Assembly: GCA_040509765.1 (NCBI GenBank)
Contig: JBEVKG010000284.1
Coordinates: 1-47,637 of the forward strand
Direction: 5' to 3'
Length of the DNA: 47,637 bases
Source: Xanthomonas sp.
GTDB lineage: Bacteria; Pseudomonadota; Gammaproteobacteria; Xanthomonadales; Xanthomonadaceae
Translations under genes and position numbers: made by a program
The notes under the pieces: model-generated
What the model was told of the DNA's origin: nothing
Databases searched by the model: none
The model's input: the letters and a program-made list of their open reading frames with translations, nothing else
Part shown: in pieces, positions 11,452 to 20,998 of the stretch
Position numbering within the stretch: position 1 is the first letter of the stretch
Layout: each line of letters starts with the position of its first letter

Positions 11452-12345
11452 ATGTCCGACCGTCCGTCTCCGCCCCGCTGGCCGCGCAATGCCCTGATCG
11501 CCCTGTCCTCGCTGCTGGTCTCGGCCTGCAGCAGCCTGTTCTTCGGCGGCCTCAACGCCGGTTCCTCGCGCCAAGGCCTCAGCGAGCAGCGCGGCATCGT
11601 CTACGACGCGGCCCACGGCCTGGCGCTGGACGTGTACCGCCCGGCCGGGGTGCAGCACGCGCCGGTGGTGGTGTTCTTCCACGGCGGCACCTGGAAGACC
11701 GGCAACCGCCAGAACTACCGCTGGGCCGGCGAAGCGCTGGCGCGGCACGGCGTGGTCGCGATCGTGCCGGACTACCGCAAGTATCCGCAGGTGACCCTGG
11801 ACGGCTTCATGCGCGACGCCGCCACCGCGGTGGCCTGGAGCCAGCGCCATGCCGCCGACTACGGCGGCGATCCGCAACGGCTGGTGCTGATGGGCCACTC
11901 CGCCGGCGCGCACATCGCCGCGCTGCTGGCCACCGACGGCCACTGGCTGCAGGCGCAGGGCCTGTCGCCGCGGCAGCTGTGCGGCCTGGTCGGGCTGGCC
12001 GGCCCGTACGACTTCCTGCCGCTGACCGACCCGGACCTGATCGGCATGTTCGGCCAGGACCCGGCGCAGCAGCGGCGCTCGCAGCCGGTGACCTTCGTCG
12101 ACGGCGACGAGCCGCCGGCCCTGCTGCTGCACGGCGACGCCGACACGGTGGTGGAGCCGCACAACAGCCAGTCGCTGCAGACCGCGCTGCAGCGCGCCGG
12201 GGTCCCGGCCGACCTGAAGATCTATCCCGGCGTCGGCCACATGCGCCTGGTGCTGGCGCTGCGCAAGGACGACCCGGCGCTGCCGGTCATGGCCGACAGC
12301 ATGGCCTTCGTGCGCGCCTGCCCGGCGCGCCCTGCCGTCCCCTGA
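11452..12345 (+). CDS. Lipoprotein alpha/beta hydrolase (HSL-like carboxylesterase)
   Basis: Signal with lipobox LVSAC; LDVYRP, FHGGTW oxyanion, GHSAG nucleophile, HGDAD, GVGH. Confidence 0.9.
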   Translation: MSDRPSPPRWPRNALIALSSLLVSACSSLFFGGLNAGSSRQGLSEQRGIVYDAAHGLALDVYRPAGVQHAPVVVFFHGGTWKTGNRQNYRWAGEALARHGVVAIVPDYRKYPQVTLDGFMRDAATAVAWSQRHAADYGGDPQRLVLMGHSAGAHIAALLATDGHWLQAQGLSPRQLCGLVGLAGPYDFLPLTDPDLIGMFGQDPAQQRRSQPVTFVDGDEPPALLLHGDADTVVEPHNSQSLQTALQRAGVPADLKIYPGVGHMRLVLALRKDDPALPVMADSMAFVRACPARPAVP

Positions 12346-12378
12346 CCCGACCGGCGCGGCGGCCCGCGCGAACGGGCC

Positions 12379-13071
12379 TCAGCCGTCCGCGCCGCCGAGC
12401 AACTCGAACGGACCGCCCTGCTGCAGCGCGCGCTGATAGGCAGGGCGCTGCTCGATCCGCTGCACGAAGCCGGCCAGGTTCGGATGCGTCTGCAGGCCGA
12501 TGCGTGCCGCCGCAGCCTGCACCGGGAAGCTCATCTGCACGTCCGCAGCGGTGAAGCGGTCGCCGGCGAACCAGCCGGTCCCGGCCAGTTCGCGCTCCAT
12601 CCAGTCCAGATGCAGGCGTATCTGCGGCCCGACGAAGCCGCGCATCGCTTTGTCGACGATGGCCTTGGCGATCGGCCGCGCGAAGAACGGCATCTTCGCC
12701 GAGCGGATCCGCCCGAACACCAGGCTCATCAGCAGCGGCGGCATCGCCGAGCCTTCCGCGTAGTGCATCCAGTAGCGGTAGCGCAGGCGCTCGGGCGAAT
12801 CCAGCGGCTGCGGCGCCGGCGACAGCGTGCAGCCGGTGTCGTAGCGATCGACCAGATAGTCGAGGATCGCCCCGGACTCGGCCAGCACGTGGCCGTCGTC
12901 CACCAGCACCGGCGACTTGCCAAGTGGATGGATCGCGCGCAATTCCGGCGGCGCCAGCATGGTCTTGGGATCGCGCTGGTACTTGATCACCTGGTACGGC
13001 AGCGCCAGTTCTTCCAGCAACCACAGCACGCGCTGCGACCTGGACTGGTTGAGGTGATGCACGGTGATCAT
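12379..13071 (-). CDS. Glutathione S-transferase (Gtt1-like)
   Basis: MITVHHLNQSRSQRVLWLLEEL, HPLGKSP, LAESGAI, FTAADVQMSF. Confidence 0.93.
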   Translation of the reverse strand: MITVHHLNQSRSQRVLWLLEELALPYQVIKYQRDPKTMLAPPELRAIHPLGKSPVLVDDGHVLAESGAILDYLVDRYDTGCTLSPAPQPLDSPERLRYRYWMHYAEGSAMPPLLMSLVFGRIRSAKMPFFARPIAKAIVDKAMRGFVGPQIRLHLDWMERELAGTGWFAGDRFTAADVQMSFPVQAAAARIGLQTHPNLAGFVQRIEQRPAYQRALQQGGPFELLGGADG

Positions 13072-13217
13072 GGCGACGGCTCCGGGGCTCGGGGGCCGCC
13101 ATGGTAGCCGCATGCAGGTGTGAACCCGCGCATGCAAGGCACCGCCGCTGCGCCTGGCAGCCTGGCCGCGGGGTCACCGCAGGCGGCGCAGACGAAGCTT
13201 GAGAAAAACGATCGCCC

Positions 13218-13252
13218 AAACAAAAACGCCGGAAGCTTGCGCTTCCGGCGTT
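13218..13252 (-). terminator. Rho-independent terminator after the csp gene
   Basis: aacgccggaagc-ttgc-gcttccggcgtt stem, followed on the minus strand by TTTTTGTTT. Confidence 0.85.
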
Positions 13253-13277
13253 CGGCAACCTTGCGGTGGCGGCGTCC

Positions 13278-13487
13278 TTAGACGGCCTGCACCTGGTCAC
13301 CCTGCATACCCTTCTGGCCCTGCACGGCGACGAAGGTCACCTTCTGGCCTTCCTGCAGCGACTTGAAGCCGGTGCCCTGGATCGCGCGGAAATGCACGAA
13401 CAGGTCCGGGCCGCTTTCCGGGGTGATGAAGCCGAAGCCCTTGGCATCGTTGAACCACTTCACGGTACCGTTCTGACGATCAGACAT
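13278..13487 (-). CDS. cspA: Cold-shock protein (CspA family)
   Basis: [15 protein letters not shown] (RNP1), DLFVHF (RNP2); AGGAG RBS; paralog identity uncertain. Confidence 0.95.
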   Translation of the reverse strand: MSDRQNGTVKWFNDAKGFGFITPESGPDLFVHFRAIQGTGFKSLQEGQKVTFVAVQGQKGMQGDQVQAV

Positions 13488-13637
13488 TTGCTAACTCCTG
13501 AAACATTAAATTGAAGAAATCGCAGCCATCGGAGATCGAGGCCGAGACTGAGTTGCAGGCGTTAGTAAAGCGAGCGGAACGATGAAGTGGATCGCGAGAT
13601 CTACTGCACCAAGCCACGATTCACGGTGACTCTAGCA
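13488..13637 (-). promoter_or_regulatory. Extended -10 (TGcTAGAGT, 13637-13629) and ~135 nt lower-GC 5' UTR of the csp gene
   Basis: Motif read on the minus strand; long 5' UTRs are typical of cold-inducible csp mRNAs. Confidence 0.45.
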
Positions 13638-13971
13638 AACACAGTGGGGCCACCATACGCGGGTCGGGATCAAAAAGCGACATGTTTGTGTAGACAAACC
13701 GGGATCCACCACAAGAAAGCTGAACCCACCCCTAAAGTTAGTGACGGTGCGGCCGATCCGGCTGCCGATCCGCGAAAACTGCGCAAATCCGCCGACGCGC
13801 CAGGCAACGGCCGGTGACCCTGTGCCATCGACGGATGCGTCGGCACCGGTGGCCGCGGCCTCGCCGCCTCGGCCACGCCCACCCGGCACCGGTCCTCGGG
13901 CCCACGCAAGGTCCGGGCCGACAGCGCCGCCGCACGCCGTATCCTATTGCGCCCTCGATCCCGGTAGCCGC

Positions 13972-14517
13972 ATGGCCCTCACCGCCACCCTCCGCAAGGC
14001 GGAGCTGCAGATTTCCGACATGGACCGCGGCTACTACGCCGCCCATTCCCTGACCCTGGCGCAGCACCCGTCCGAGACCGACCAACGGCTGATGGCGCGC
14101 CTGCTGACCTTCGCCCTGTATGCCGAGGAGCGCCTGCTGTTCGGCAAGGGCCTGAGCAGCGACGACGAGCCCGACCTGTGGCGGATGGACTACACCGGCG
14201 CGATCGAGCAATGGATCGAGGTCGGCCAGCCCGACGAATCGCGGATCCGCAAGGCCTGCGGCCGGGCGCGCTCGGTGGTGGTCGCCAACTACGGCGGCCG
14301 CGCCGCCGACATCTGGTGGGACAAGAATGCCTCCGCCCTGGCCAAGCTCAAGCAGGTGCAGGTGATCGACCTGCCGGGCGACGCCGTCGCCGCGGCGGCC
14401 GAGCTGATCCAGCGCAGCATGCGCTTCGACGTGATGATCCAGGACGGCGAAGTGCAGTGGCTGGGCGACAGCGGCAGCGTCGTGTTCGTGCCCACGGTGC
14501 GCAAAGCCGCGGCATGA
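13972..14517 (+). CDS. yaeQ: YaeQ family protein
   Basis: MALTATLRKAELQISDMDRGYY, AQHPSETDQRLMARLL, GLSSDDEPDLW, WIEVGQP. Confidence 0.93.
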   Translation: MALTATLRKAELQISDMDRGYYAAHSLTLAQHPSETDQRLMARLLTFALYAEERLLFGKGLSSDDEPDLWRMDYTGAIEQWIEVGQPDESRIRKACGRARSVVVANYGGRAADIWWDKNASALAKLKQVQVIDLPGDAVAAAAELIQRSMRFDVMIQDGEVQWLGDSGSVVFVPTVRKAAA

Positions 14518-15710
14518 ACGCCGCGGCCGCCCCCATCCGCACCGACGTGGTGGTGATCGGCGCCGGCGCCGCCGGGCTGATGTGCGCGATCGCCGCCGGC
14601 CAGCGCGGGCGCCGGGTGCGGGTGATCGACCATGCCAACAAGGTCGGCAAGAAGATCCTGATGTCCGGCGGCGGCCGCTGCAACTTCACCAATACCGGCA
14701 CCGGGCCGGGCAACTTCCTGTCCGCCAATCCGCACTTCTGCAAGTCGGCGCTGGCCCGCTACCGCCCCGCCGATTTCATCGACCTGGTCGAACGCCACCA
14801 CATCGCCTACCACGAGAAGGAACTGGGGCAACTGTTCTGCGACGTCTCCTCCAAGCAGATCGTGCGCATGCTGGTGGACGAGTGCGCCGCGGCGGCAGTG
14901 ACGGTGCGCACCGACTGCAGCGTGCGCGCGGTGGAACGCGGCAGCGAGGGCTTCCGCCTGGACACCGACGATGGCCCAGTGCACGCAGACTCGCTGGTGG
15001 TGGCCACCGGCGGCCTGTCCATCCCCAGCCTCGGCGCCAGCGGGTTCGGCTACGACCTGGCCCGGCAGTTCGGCCATGCGGTGCTGCCGACCCGCGCCGG
15101 GCTGGTGCCGCTGACCCTGAGCGGCAAGCACCAGGAACGCCTGCACGACCTGTCCGGCCTGGCCTTGCCGGTGGAAGCCAGTTGCAACGGCGCGCGCTTC
15201 CGCAACTTCATGCTGATCACCCACCGCGGGGTCAGCGGCCCGGCGATCCTGCAGATCTCCTCGTACTGGCAGCCGGGCGACGACCTGCGCCTGGACCTGC
15301 TGCCGGGGCAGGACGCGGCGAACTGGCTGCGCGACCAGAAACGCCTGCGCGGCGCCGCCGAACTGCGCACGGTGCTGGGCGAGGCGCTGCCGCGCCGCTT
15401 CGCGCAACGCCTGTGCGAGGTGTGGCTGCCGGACAAGCCGGTGCGCCAGCTGGACGAGCCGCAACTGCGCGCCGCCGCCGAGCTGCTCGGCGCCTGGCCG
15501 CTGGTGGCCAGCGGTACCGAAGGCTACCGCACCGCCGAAGTCACCCTGGGCGGCGTGGACACCGACCAGGTGTCGTCCTCGACCATGGAATCGCGGCGGG
15601 TGCCCGGCCTGTACTTCGTCGGCGAAGTGCTCGACGTCACCGGCTGGCTGGGCGGCTACAACTTCCAGTGGGCCTGGGCCTCGGGCCACGCGGCTGGCTT
15701 GGCGGCCTAG
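14514..15710 (+). CDS. HI0933/YhiN (BaiN-like) flavoprotein
   Basis: IGAGAAG, GKKILMSGGGRCNFTN, ATGGLS, THRGVSGP, VTLGGV, GWLGGYNFQWAWASG; ATGA overlap with yaeQ. Confidence 0.93.
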   Translation: MNAAAAPIRTDVVVIGAGAAGLMCAIAAGQRGRRVRVIDHANKVGKKILMSGGGRCNFTNTGTGPGNFLSANPHFCKSALARYRPADFIDLVERHHIAYHEKELGQLFCDVSSKQIVRMLVDECAAAAVTVRTDCSVRAVERGSEGFRLDTDDGPVHADSLVVATGGLSIPSLGASGFGYDLARQFGHAVLPTRAGLVPLTLSGKHQERLHDLSGLALPVEASCNGARFRNFMLITHRGVSGPAILQISSYWQPGDDLRLDLLPGQDAANWLRDQKRLRGAAELRTVLGEALPRRFAQRLCEVWLPDKPVRQLDEPQLRAAAELLGAWPLVASGTEGYRTAEVTLGGVDTDQVSSSTMESRRVPGLYFVGEVLDVTGWLGGYNFQWAWASGHAAGLAA

Positions 15711-15715
15711 CGGCC

Positions 15716-15847
15716 GGGAATGGGGAATGGGGAATGGGGAATGGGGACTCGAAACACCGCTCGTTGCGCGCGCGTCTCGGTCCGCCCGCGAACGTTAAGA
15801 CACGACAGTCCGCTCTTGCGACTCCCAATTCCCGATTGCCCATTCCC
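15716..15847. repeat. Inverted pair of GGGAATN heptamer arrays (G-quadruplex-capable)
   Basis: (GGGAATG)x4 GGGACTC at 15716-15750; GACTCCC AATTCCC GATTGCC CATTCCC at 15820-15847. Confidence 0.85.
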
Positions 15848-15905
15848 GAACAACATGGACGCGACAGCGGGCATCGTGTATTAAACCCCGTCCCCGGGAG
15901 GCTTC

Positions 15906-17978
15906 ATGCACACAGGCAAAGACATCACCCTCCGCCTGATGATCGTCGACGACAGCGGCGAAGACGCCGAGGCGATCGTCAGCAGCCTGCGCAACAGCGG
16001 CATCGCGGTGCGTCCGTCGCGGCCGCAGCATGCCGAGGAGTTGTCGGCGATGCTGGCCGCCCAGCCGATCGACCTGGTGCTGAGCGCGCAGGCGCAGTCG
16101 ATCCCCCTGCCGCAGGTGCTGCAGCGGGTCGCCGCCAGCGGCAAGGACATCCCGGTCATCGTGCTGGCCGAGCGCATCGACGAGCAGGAATGGCTGGAGG
16201 CCGTGGCCGGCGGCGCGCGCGCGATCGCGCTGCGGCAGCGCCCCGAGCACTTGCTGGCCGTGGTCCGTACCACCTGGGCCGACCTGCAGGCGCGGCGCGG
16301 ACTGCGCCGGATCGAGGCGCAGATGCGCGAGACCGAGCGCCGCTGCGATGCGCTGATCGCCTCCTCGCGCGACCCGATCGCCTACATCCACGAAGGCATG
16401 CACATCCGCGCCAACGACGCCTACCTGGAGATGTTCGGGTTCGCGTCGTTCGACGACGTCGAAGGCGTGTCGCTGCTGGACATGGTCGCCCCGCAACACG
16501 TGGAAGGCTTCAAGCAGCTACTGAAGTCGCTGGGCAAGGGCGAGCCGCCGCCGGCGCAGTACCAGGTGGACGCGCGCACCCTGGAAGGCGACAGCTTTCC
16601 GGCGACGATGGAATTCGCCACCGCCAGCTACGAAGGCGAGGCCTGCGTGCAGGTGGTGTTCCGCCGCCGCGAGGAGTTCGACCCGGAACTGGCGCGCGAG
16701 GTCGAAGACCTCCGCCAGCGCGATCAGGTCACCGGCCTGCTCAACCGCCCGACCTTCATGCTGGCGCTGGAAACCGCCGTGGCCCAGGTCGGCCGCGGCG
16801 AGGGCCAGTACGGCTTCCTGCTGGTCGAGCCGGATCACTACGCGCGGCTGCTGGCCGACATCGGCCTGTATTCGGCCGATGCGCTGGTCGCGGCGCTGGC
16901 CCAGCACCTGGCCGCGGCCATCGACGGCGACGTGCAGGCGGCGCGCTTCGGCGAGCACAACTTCGCGCTGCTGCTGGAAGGCGACTACGCGCGCACCGCG
17001 GCGCTGGCCGAGCGCCTGCTGCAGGCCTACGCCAGCCATGTGTTCAGCGTCGGCGAGCGCTCGGCCACGGTCACCGTGAGCATCGGCGGCGTGCAGATCG
17101 GCGAGAAGATCGCCAGCGTCGGCCAGGTCCTGGCCCGCGCCAGCGAGAACGTGCAGGCGACCGTCGAGCTGGGCGGCAACGCCTGCAAGATCTTCGATCC
17201 CGGCGCGGCCGACCGCCTCGAGGAAGAACGCGTGCAGCGCTGGGTCCAGCATCTGCGCGAGGCCCTGGCCGGCGACGGCTTCCTGCTGCACTACCAGCCG
17301 GTGCTGAACCTGCAGGGCGAACAGCACGAGCTGTACGAGGCCTACCTGCGCATGGAGCGCAACGACGAGCTGATCGGTCCGTCGACCTTCCTCGGCATCG
17401 CCGCCGAGCATGGCCTGACCGCCGAGATCGACCGCTGGGTGGTCGCCCGCGCGATCGCCGTGATCGGCGAACGCCAGCGCGCCGGCCACGCCACCAGCCT
17501 GCTGGTCAAGGTCAGCCCGGAGGCCTTCGCCGACACGCAGATGGTCGACCTGATCCGAAGCGAGCTGGCGGCGCACGGCGTGCCCGGCGAGCGCCTGTGG
17601 CTGCAGACGCCGGAGGCCAAGGTGTTCACCCACCTGCGCAACGCGCAGCAGTTCCTGGCCGACGCCACGGCCCTGGGCTGCAAGGTCGGGCTGGAACAGT
17701 TCGGCTCCGGGCTGGACTCGTTCCAGTTGCTGGCGCACTTCCAGCCATCGTTCCTGAAGCTGGACCGCGGCTTCACCCAGGACCTGACCCAGACCCGCGA
17801 GCACCAGGACAAGATCCGCGAGATCACCGCACGCGCGCAGTCGGCCAGCATCCGCACCATCGCCGAGTTCGTCTCCGACGCGACCTCGATGAGCCTGTTG
17901 TTCAGCGCAGGCGTCGACTACGTGCAGGGCGAGTTCGTCGGCCTGGCCGCGCCGGGGATGCACTTCGACTTTGCCTGA
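15906..17978 (+). CDS. fimX: FimX, type IV pilus c-di-GMP receptor (REC-PAS-degenerate GGDEF-degenerate EAL)
   Basis: 690 aa; LRLMIVDDS REC-like, PAS IAYIHEGMHIRANDAYL, DQVTGLLNR with GEHNF replacing GGDEF, EAL domain with EAY, EQFGSG, DYVQG. Confidence 0.9.
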   Translation: MHTGKDITLRLMIVDDSGEDAEAIVSSLRNSGIAVRPSRPQHAEELSAMLAAQPIDLVLSAQAQSIPLPQVLQRVAASGKDIPVIVLAERIDEQEWLEAVAGGARAIALRQRPEHLLAVVRTTWADLQARRGLRRIEAQMRETERRCDALIASSRDPIAYIHEGMHIRANDAYLEMFGFASFDDVEGVSLLDMVAPQHVEGFKQLLKSLGKGEPPPAQYQVDARTLEGDSFPATMEFATASYEGEACVQVVFRRREEFDPELAREVEDLRQRDQVTGLLNRPTFMLALETAVAQVGRGEGQYGFLLVEPDHYARLLADIGLYSADALVAALAQHLAAAIDGDVQAARFGEHNFALLLEGDYARTAALAERLLQAYASHVFSVGERSATVTVSIGGVQIGEKIASVGQVLARASENVQATVELGGNACKIFDPGAADRLEEERVQRWVQHLREALAGDGFLLHYQPVLNLQGEQHELYEAYLRMERNDELIGPSTFLGIAAEHGLTAEIDRWVVARAIAVIGERQRAGHATSLLVKVSPEAFADTQMVDLIRSELAAHGVPGERLWLQTPEAKVFTHLRNAQQFLADATALGCKVGLEQFGSGLDSFQLLAHFQPSFLKLDRGFTQDLTQTREHQDKIREITARAQSASIRTIAEFVSDATSMSLLFSAGVDYVQGEFVGLAAPGMHFDFA

Positions 17979-17983
17979 AGGGC

Positions 17984-18012
17984 GGGGATCGGAGATTCGG
18001 GAGTGGGGATTC
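17984..18012 (+). repeat. Degenerate GGGANTN heptamer array
   Basis: ggggatcggagattcgggagtggggattc just after the fimX stop. Confidence 0.55.
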
Positions 18013-18014
18013 GC

Positions 18015-18055
18015 AAAAGCGCCGACCGGCGGAGCCTGCGCTCCGCCGGTCGGCG
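18015..18055 (-). terminator. Terminator hairpin between convergent fimX and htpX
   Basis: Perfect 16-bp stem cgccgaccggcggagc-ctgc-gctccgccggtcggcg; TTTT follows on the minus strand. Confidence 0.8.
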
Positions 18056-18073
18056 TCTCGATCCAGCGATGGA

Positions 18074-18958
18074 TCAGCTCACTGTCGCGTTGACATGCGA
18101 GGCGCGCAGGGTGGCGATGCGCTCGGCCAGCGGCGGATGGCTCATGAACAACTTGCGCAGGCCCTGGCCGAGGCCGCCGGCGATACCGAACGCCTGCACC
18201 TGCGACGGCAAGGTGCTCTGGCCGTGGTTGAGTTCCAGCCGCTGCAGCGCGGCGATCATCTTGGCGCGACCGGCCAGGCTGGCGCCGCCGGCGTCGGCAC
18301 GGAATTCGCGGTAGCGCGAGAACCACATCGCGATCATCGTCGCGAACAGGCCGAACACCAGTTCCAGCACCATCACGATCGCGAAGTAGGCCAGGCCGCG
18401 GCGCCCGTCGCGGTTGCCCGACAGATAGCTGTCGATCACGCCGCCGACCACCCGCGCCAGCACGATCACGAAGGTGTTGAGCACGCCCTGCAGCAGCGCC
18501 ATGGTCACCATGTCGCCGTTGGCGATGTGGCTGATCTCGTGGCCCAGCACCGCTTCGGCCTCGTCCTCGGTCATGTTCTGCAGCAGGCCGGTGGACACCG
18601 CGACCAGCGCGTTGTTGCGGTTGGCGCCGGTGGCGAAGGCGTTGATCTCCGGACCATCGTACACGGCGACCTCGGGCAAGCCGATGCCGGCCGCCTGCGC
18701 CTGGCGCTGCACGGTCTGCAGCAGCCAGCGCTCGGTGTGGTTGCGCGGCTCGGTGATCACCTGCGCGCCGGTGGCGCGCTTGGCCATGAACTTGGACAGC
18801 AGCAGCGACACCAGCGAGCCGCCGAAGCCGAAGATCGCGGCCATCACCAGCAGGCCGCCCATCTGGTTGGGATTGACCCCGAACACGGACATGACAATGC
18901 CGGCCAGCACCAGCACCGCCAGGTTGGTGATGAGGAACAGGGCGATACGATTGAACAT
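18074..18958 (-). CDS. htpX: Membrane zinc metalloprotease HtpX (M48)
   Basis: [26 protein letters not shown] zinc motif + [26 protein letters not shown]; start ATG 18958. Confidence 0.96.
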   Translation of the reverse strand: MFNRIALFLITNLAVLVLAGIVMSVFGVNPNQMGGLLVMAAIFGFGGSLVSLLLSKFMAKRATGAQVITEPRNHTERWLLQTVQRQAQAAGIGLPEVAVYDGPEINAFATGANRNNALVAVSTGLLQNMTEDEAEAVLGHEISHIANGDMVTMALLQGVLNTFVIVLARVVGGVIDSYLSGNRDGRRGLAYFAIVMVLELVFGLFATMIAMWFSRYREFRADAGGASLAGRAKMIAALQRLELNHGQSTLPSQVQAFGIAGGLGQGLRKLFMSHPPLAERIATLRASHVNATVS

Positions 18959-19002
18959 GTGAGCGTGGGCTCCGCACTGATTAAATGGAAGGATTGCCTC
19001 GA

Positions 19003-19031
19003 ATCTGCGGTGTCGGCCGCTTGAATTCAAG
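19003..19031 (-). promoter_or_regulatory. Putative sigma-32 promoter of htpX
   Basis: Minus strand CTTGAA-N15-CCGCAGAT, close to the RpoH consensus CTTGAA-N13-15-CCCCATNT; htpX is a known RpoH-regulon gene. Confidence 0.65.
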
Positions 19032-19061
19032 CGCGTACCTGACCGAGGATTCAGCTTGTCC

Positions 19062-19985
19062 ATGTCCCCGCCTCTCTACCGCGGCCGCTTCGCGCCCTCG
19101 CCCACCGGCCCGCTGCACCTGGGTTCGCTGCTCGCCGCCTTCGGCAGCTGGCTGCTCGCGCGTCAGGCCGGTGGCCAATGGCGGCTGCGCATCGAGGACG
19201 TGGACCGCCCGCGCAGCGTGCCCGGCGCCGCCGCGCGGCAACTGGCCAGCCTGCGCGCCTGCGGCCTGGAGGCCGATGGACCGGTGCTGCGGCAGAGCGA
19301 GCGCGATCCTGTTTACCGCGACGCAGCGCAGCGGCTGCTGCAGGCCGGCCTCGCCTTCTCCTGCAGTTGCAGCCGCAGCGCGCTGGCGACGCAGGGGGGC
19401 GTGCACCATGCCTGCGTCGCCAACGCGCCGCGCGCGCAGCCGGCCATCCGCCTGCGCGTGCCGCCCGGCGCGGCCAGCGTGGTCGCCTTCGACGACGGCG
19501 TGCGCGGGCGGCTGACCCAGGACGTCCACGCCGAGGTCGGCGATGTGGTGCTGCTGCGCGCCGACGGCTGCTGGGCCTACCAACTGGCGGTGGTGGTCGA
19601 CGATGCCGCGCAAGGCATCACCGACGTGGTCCGCGGCGCCGACCTGCTGGACTCCACGCCGCGGCAGATCCTGCTGCAGCGTGCGCTGGGCCTGCCGACG
19701 CCGCGCTACCTGCACCTGCCGCTGTTGCTCGGCGCCGACGGCCGCAAGCTGTCCAAGTCGCACGCGGCGCTGCCGCTGGACGATGCCGACCCGCTGCCGG
19801 CGCTGCGCCTGGCCTGGGCCGCGCTGGGCCAGCCGCCCGCGGCGCTGAGCGGCGCCGGTTCGGTGCCGGCGCTGCTGGCCGCCGCGCTCCGGACCTTCGA
19901 TCCGGCCAGGCTGCCGACGCAGGACCGGGCGTGGACGATGCCGCCGGTCGCCCGCGACATCCCCAGCGACATCAAGGCTGACTAG
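19062..19985 (+). CDS. gluQ: Glutamyl-Q tRNA(Asp) synthetase
   Basis: [47 protein letters not shown]; ~307 aa with no anticodon-binding domain. Confidence 0.93.
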   Translation: MSPPLYRGRFAPSPTGPLHLGSLLAAFGSWLLARQAGGQWRLRIEDVDRPRSVPGAAARQLASLRACGLEADGPVLRQSERDPVYRDAAQRLLQAGLAFSCSCSRSALATQGGVHHACVANAPRAQPAIRLRVPPGAASVVAFDDGVRGRLTQDVHAEVGDVVLLRADGCWAYQLAVVVDDAAQGITDVVRGADLLDSTPRQILLQRALGLPTPRYLHLPLLLGADGRKLSKSHAALPLDDADPLPALRLAWAALGQPPAALSGAGSVPALLAAALRTFDPARLPTQDRAWTMPPVARDIPSDIKAD

Positions 19986-20048
19986 AATCGACCCTTCGGC
20001 CGCACCCCGGCCGCCCTTCCCTTTCTCTCTCTATCCGGAGCGACATCC

Positions 20049-20789
20049 ATGACATCACGCGTTGCGCTGGTCACCGGCGGCACCGGCGGCATCGGAACCG
20101 CGATCTGCGAGCGGCTGGCCGCGCAGGGCCACCGCGTGGCCAGCAACTACCGCGACCAGGCCAAGGCCCTGGCCTGGCAGCAACGCATGCGCGAGCGCGG
20201 CCATGACGTCGCCATCGTCCCCGGCGACGTCGCCTCGCCCGAGCACGCGCAGACCCTGGTCCGCGAGGTCGAACGCCAGCTCGGCCCGGTCGAGATCCTG
20301 ATCAACAACGCCGGCATCACCCGCGACACCACCTTCCACAAGATGACCGCCGAGCAGTGGCACGAGGTCATCAACACCAACCTCAACTCGGTGTTCAACG
20401 TGACCCGTCCGGTGATCGAAGGCATGCGCCAGCAGCGCTGGGGCCGGGTCATCCAGATCAGTTCGATCAACGGCCTCAAGGGCCAGTACGGCCAGGCCAA
20501 CTACGCCGCGGCCAAGGCCGGCATGCACGGCTTCACCATTTCGCTGGCGCGCGAAAACGCCAGCTACGGCATCACCGTCAACACGGTCTCGCCGGGCTAC
20601 GTCGCCACCGACATGGTGATGGCGGTGCCGGAGGAAGTCCGCGCCAAGATCGCCGCCGACATCCCCACCGGGCGCCTCGGCAAGCCGGAGGAGATCGCCT
20701 ACGCCGTGGCGTTCCTGGTCGCCGAGGAAGCCGCGTGGATCACCGGCTCCAACCTGGACATCAACGGCGGCCACCACATGGGCTGGTGA
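20049..20789 (+). CDS. phaB: Acetoacetyl-CoA reductase (PHA synthesis SDR)
   Basis: TGGTGGIG, NNAGITRD, SSINGLKGQYGQANYAAAKAG; adjacent to phaR. Confidence 0.92.
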   Translation: MTSRVALVTGGTGGIGTAICERLAAQGHRVASNYRDQAKALAWQQRMRERGHDVAIVPGDVASPEHAQTLVREVERQLGPVEILINNAGITRDTTFHKMTAEQWHEVINTNLNSVFNVTRPVIEGMRQQRWGRVIQISSINGLKGQYGQANYAAAKAGMHGFTISLARENASYGITVNTVSPGYVATDMVMAVPEEVRAKIAADIPTGRLGKPEEIAYAVAFLVAEEAAWITGSNLDINGGHHMGW

Positions 20790-20871
20790 TCGGCTGAACC
20801 GCTCAGATGGCGGCCTTCCGCGCGAGGTAACGCTACCGTCGATGGGCGGACAAGCGCCGCGTGGCGACGCT

Positions 20872-20972
20872 TGCTGCGCTGCGAATGCTGCGCAGCATGA
20901 TTTTTTTGCTGCACCCGCGTGTTCAGCCGGCAACGGCGGTTGCAAGCCCTGCTGCGCTGCGCCATGCTGCGC
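20872..20972. promoter_or_regulatory. TGC-rich repeats, putative PhaR operators
   Basis: tgctgcgctgcg(a/cc)atgctgcgc twice (20872-20893, 20950-20972) and perfect palindrome ATGCTGCGCAGCAT (20885-20898) upstream of phaR. Confidence 0.55.
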
Positions 20973-20998
20973 GCCTACCGTCACAGAGCGATCGCTTC

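Noticed and set aside
14582-19024. 1480-aa plus-strand ORF spanning the flavoprotein gene, fimX and htpX
   Set aside because: Arg/Pro/Ala-rich out-of-frame read-through crossing a terminator and three well-supported genes
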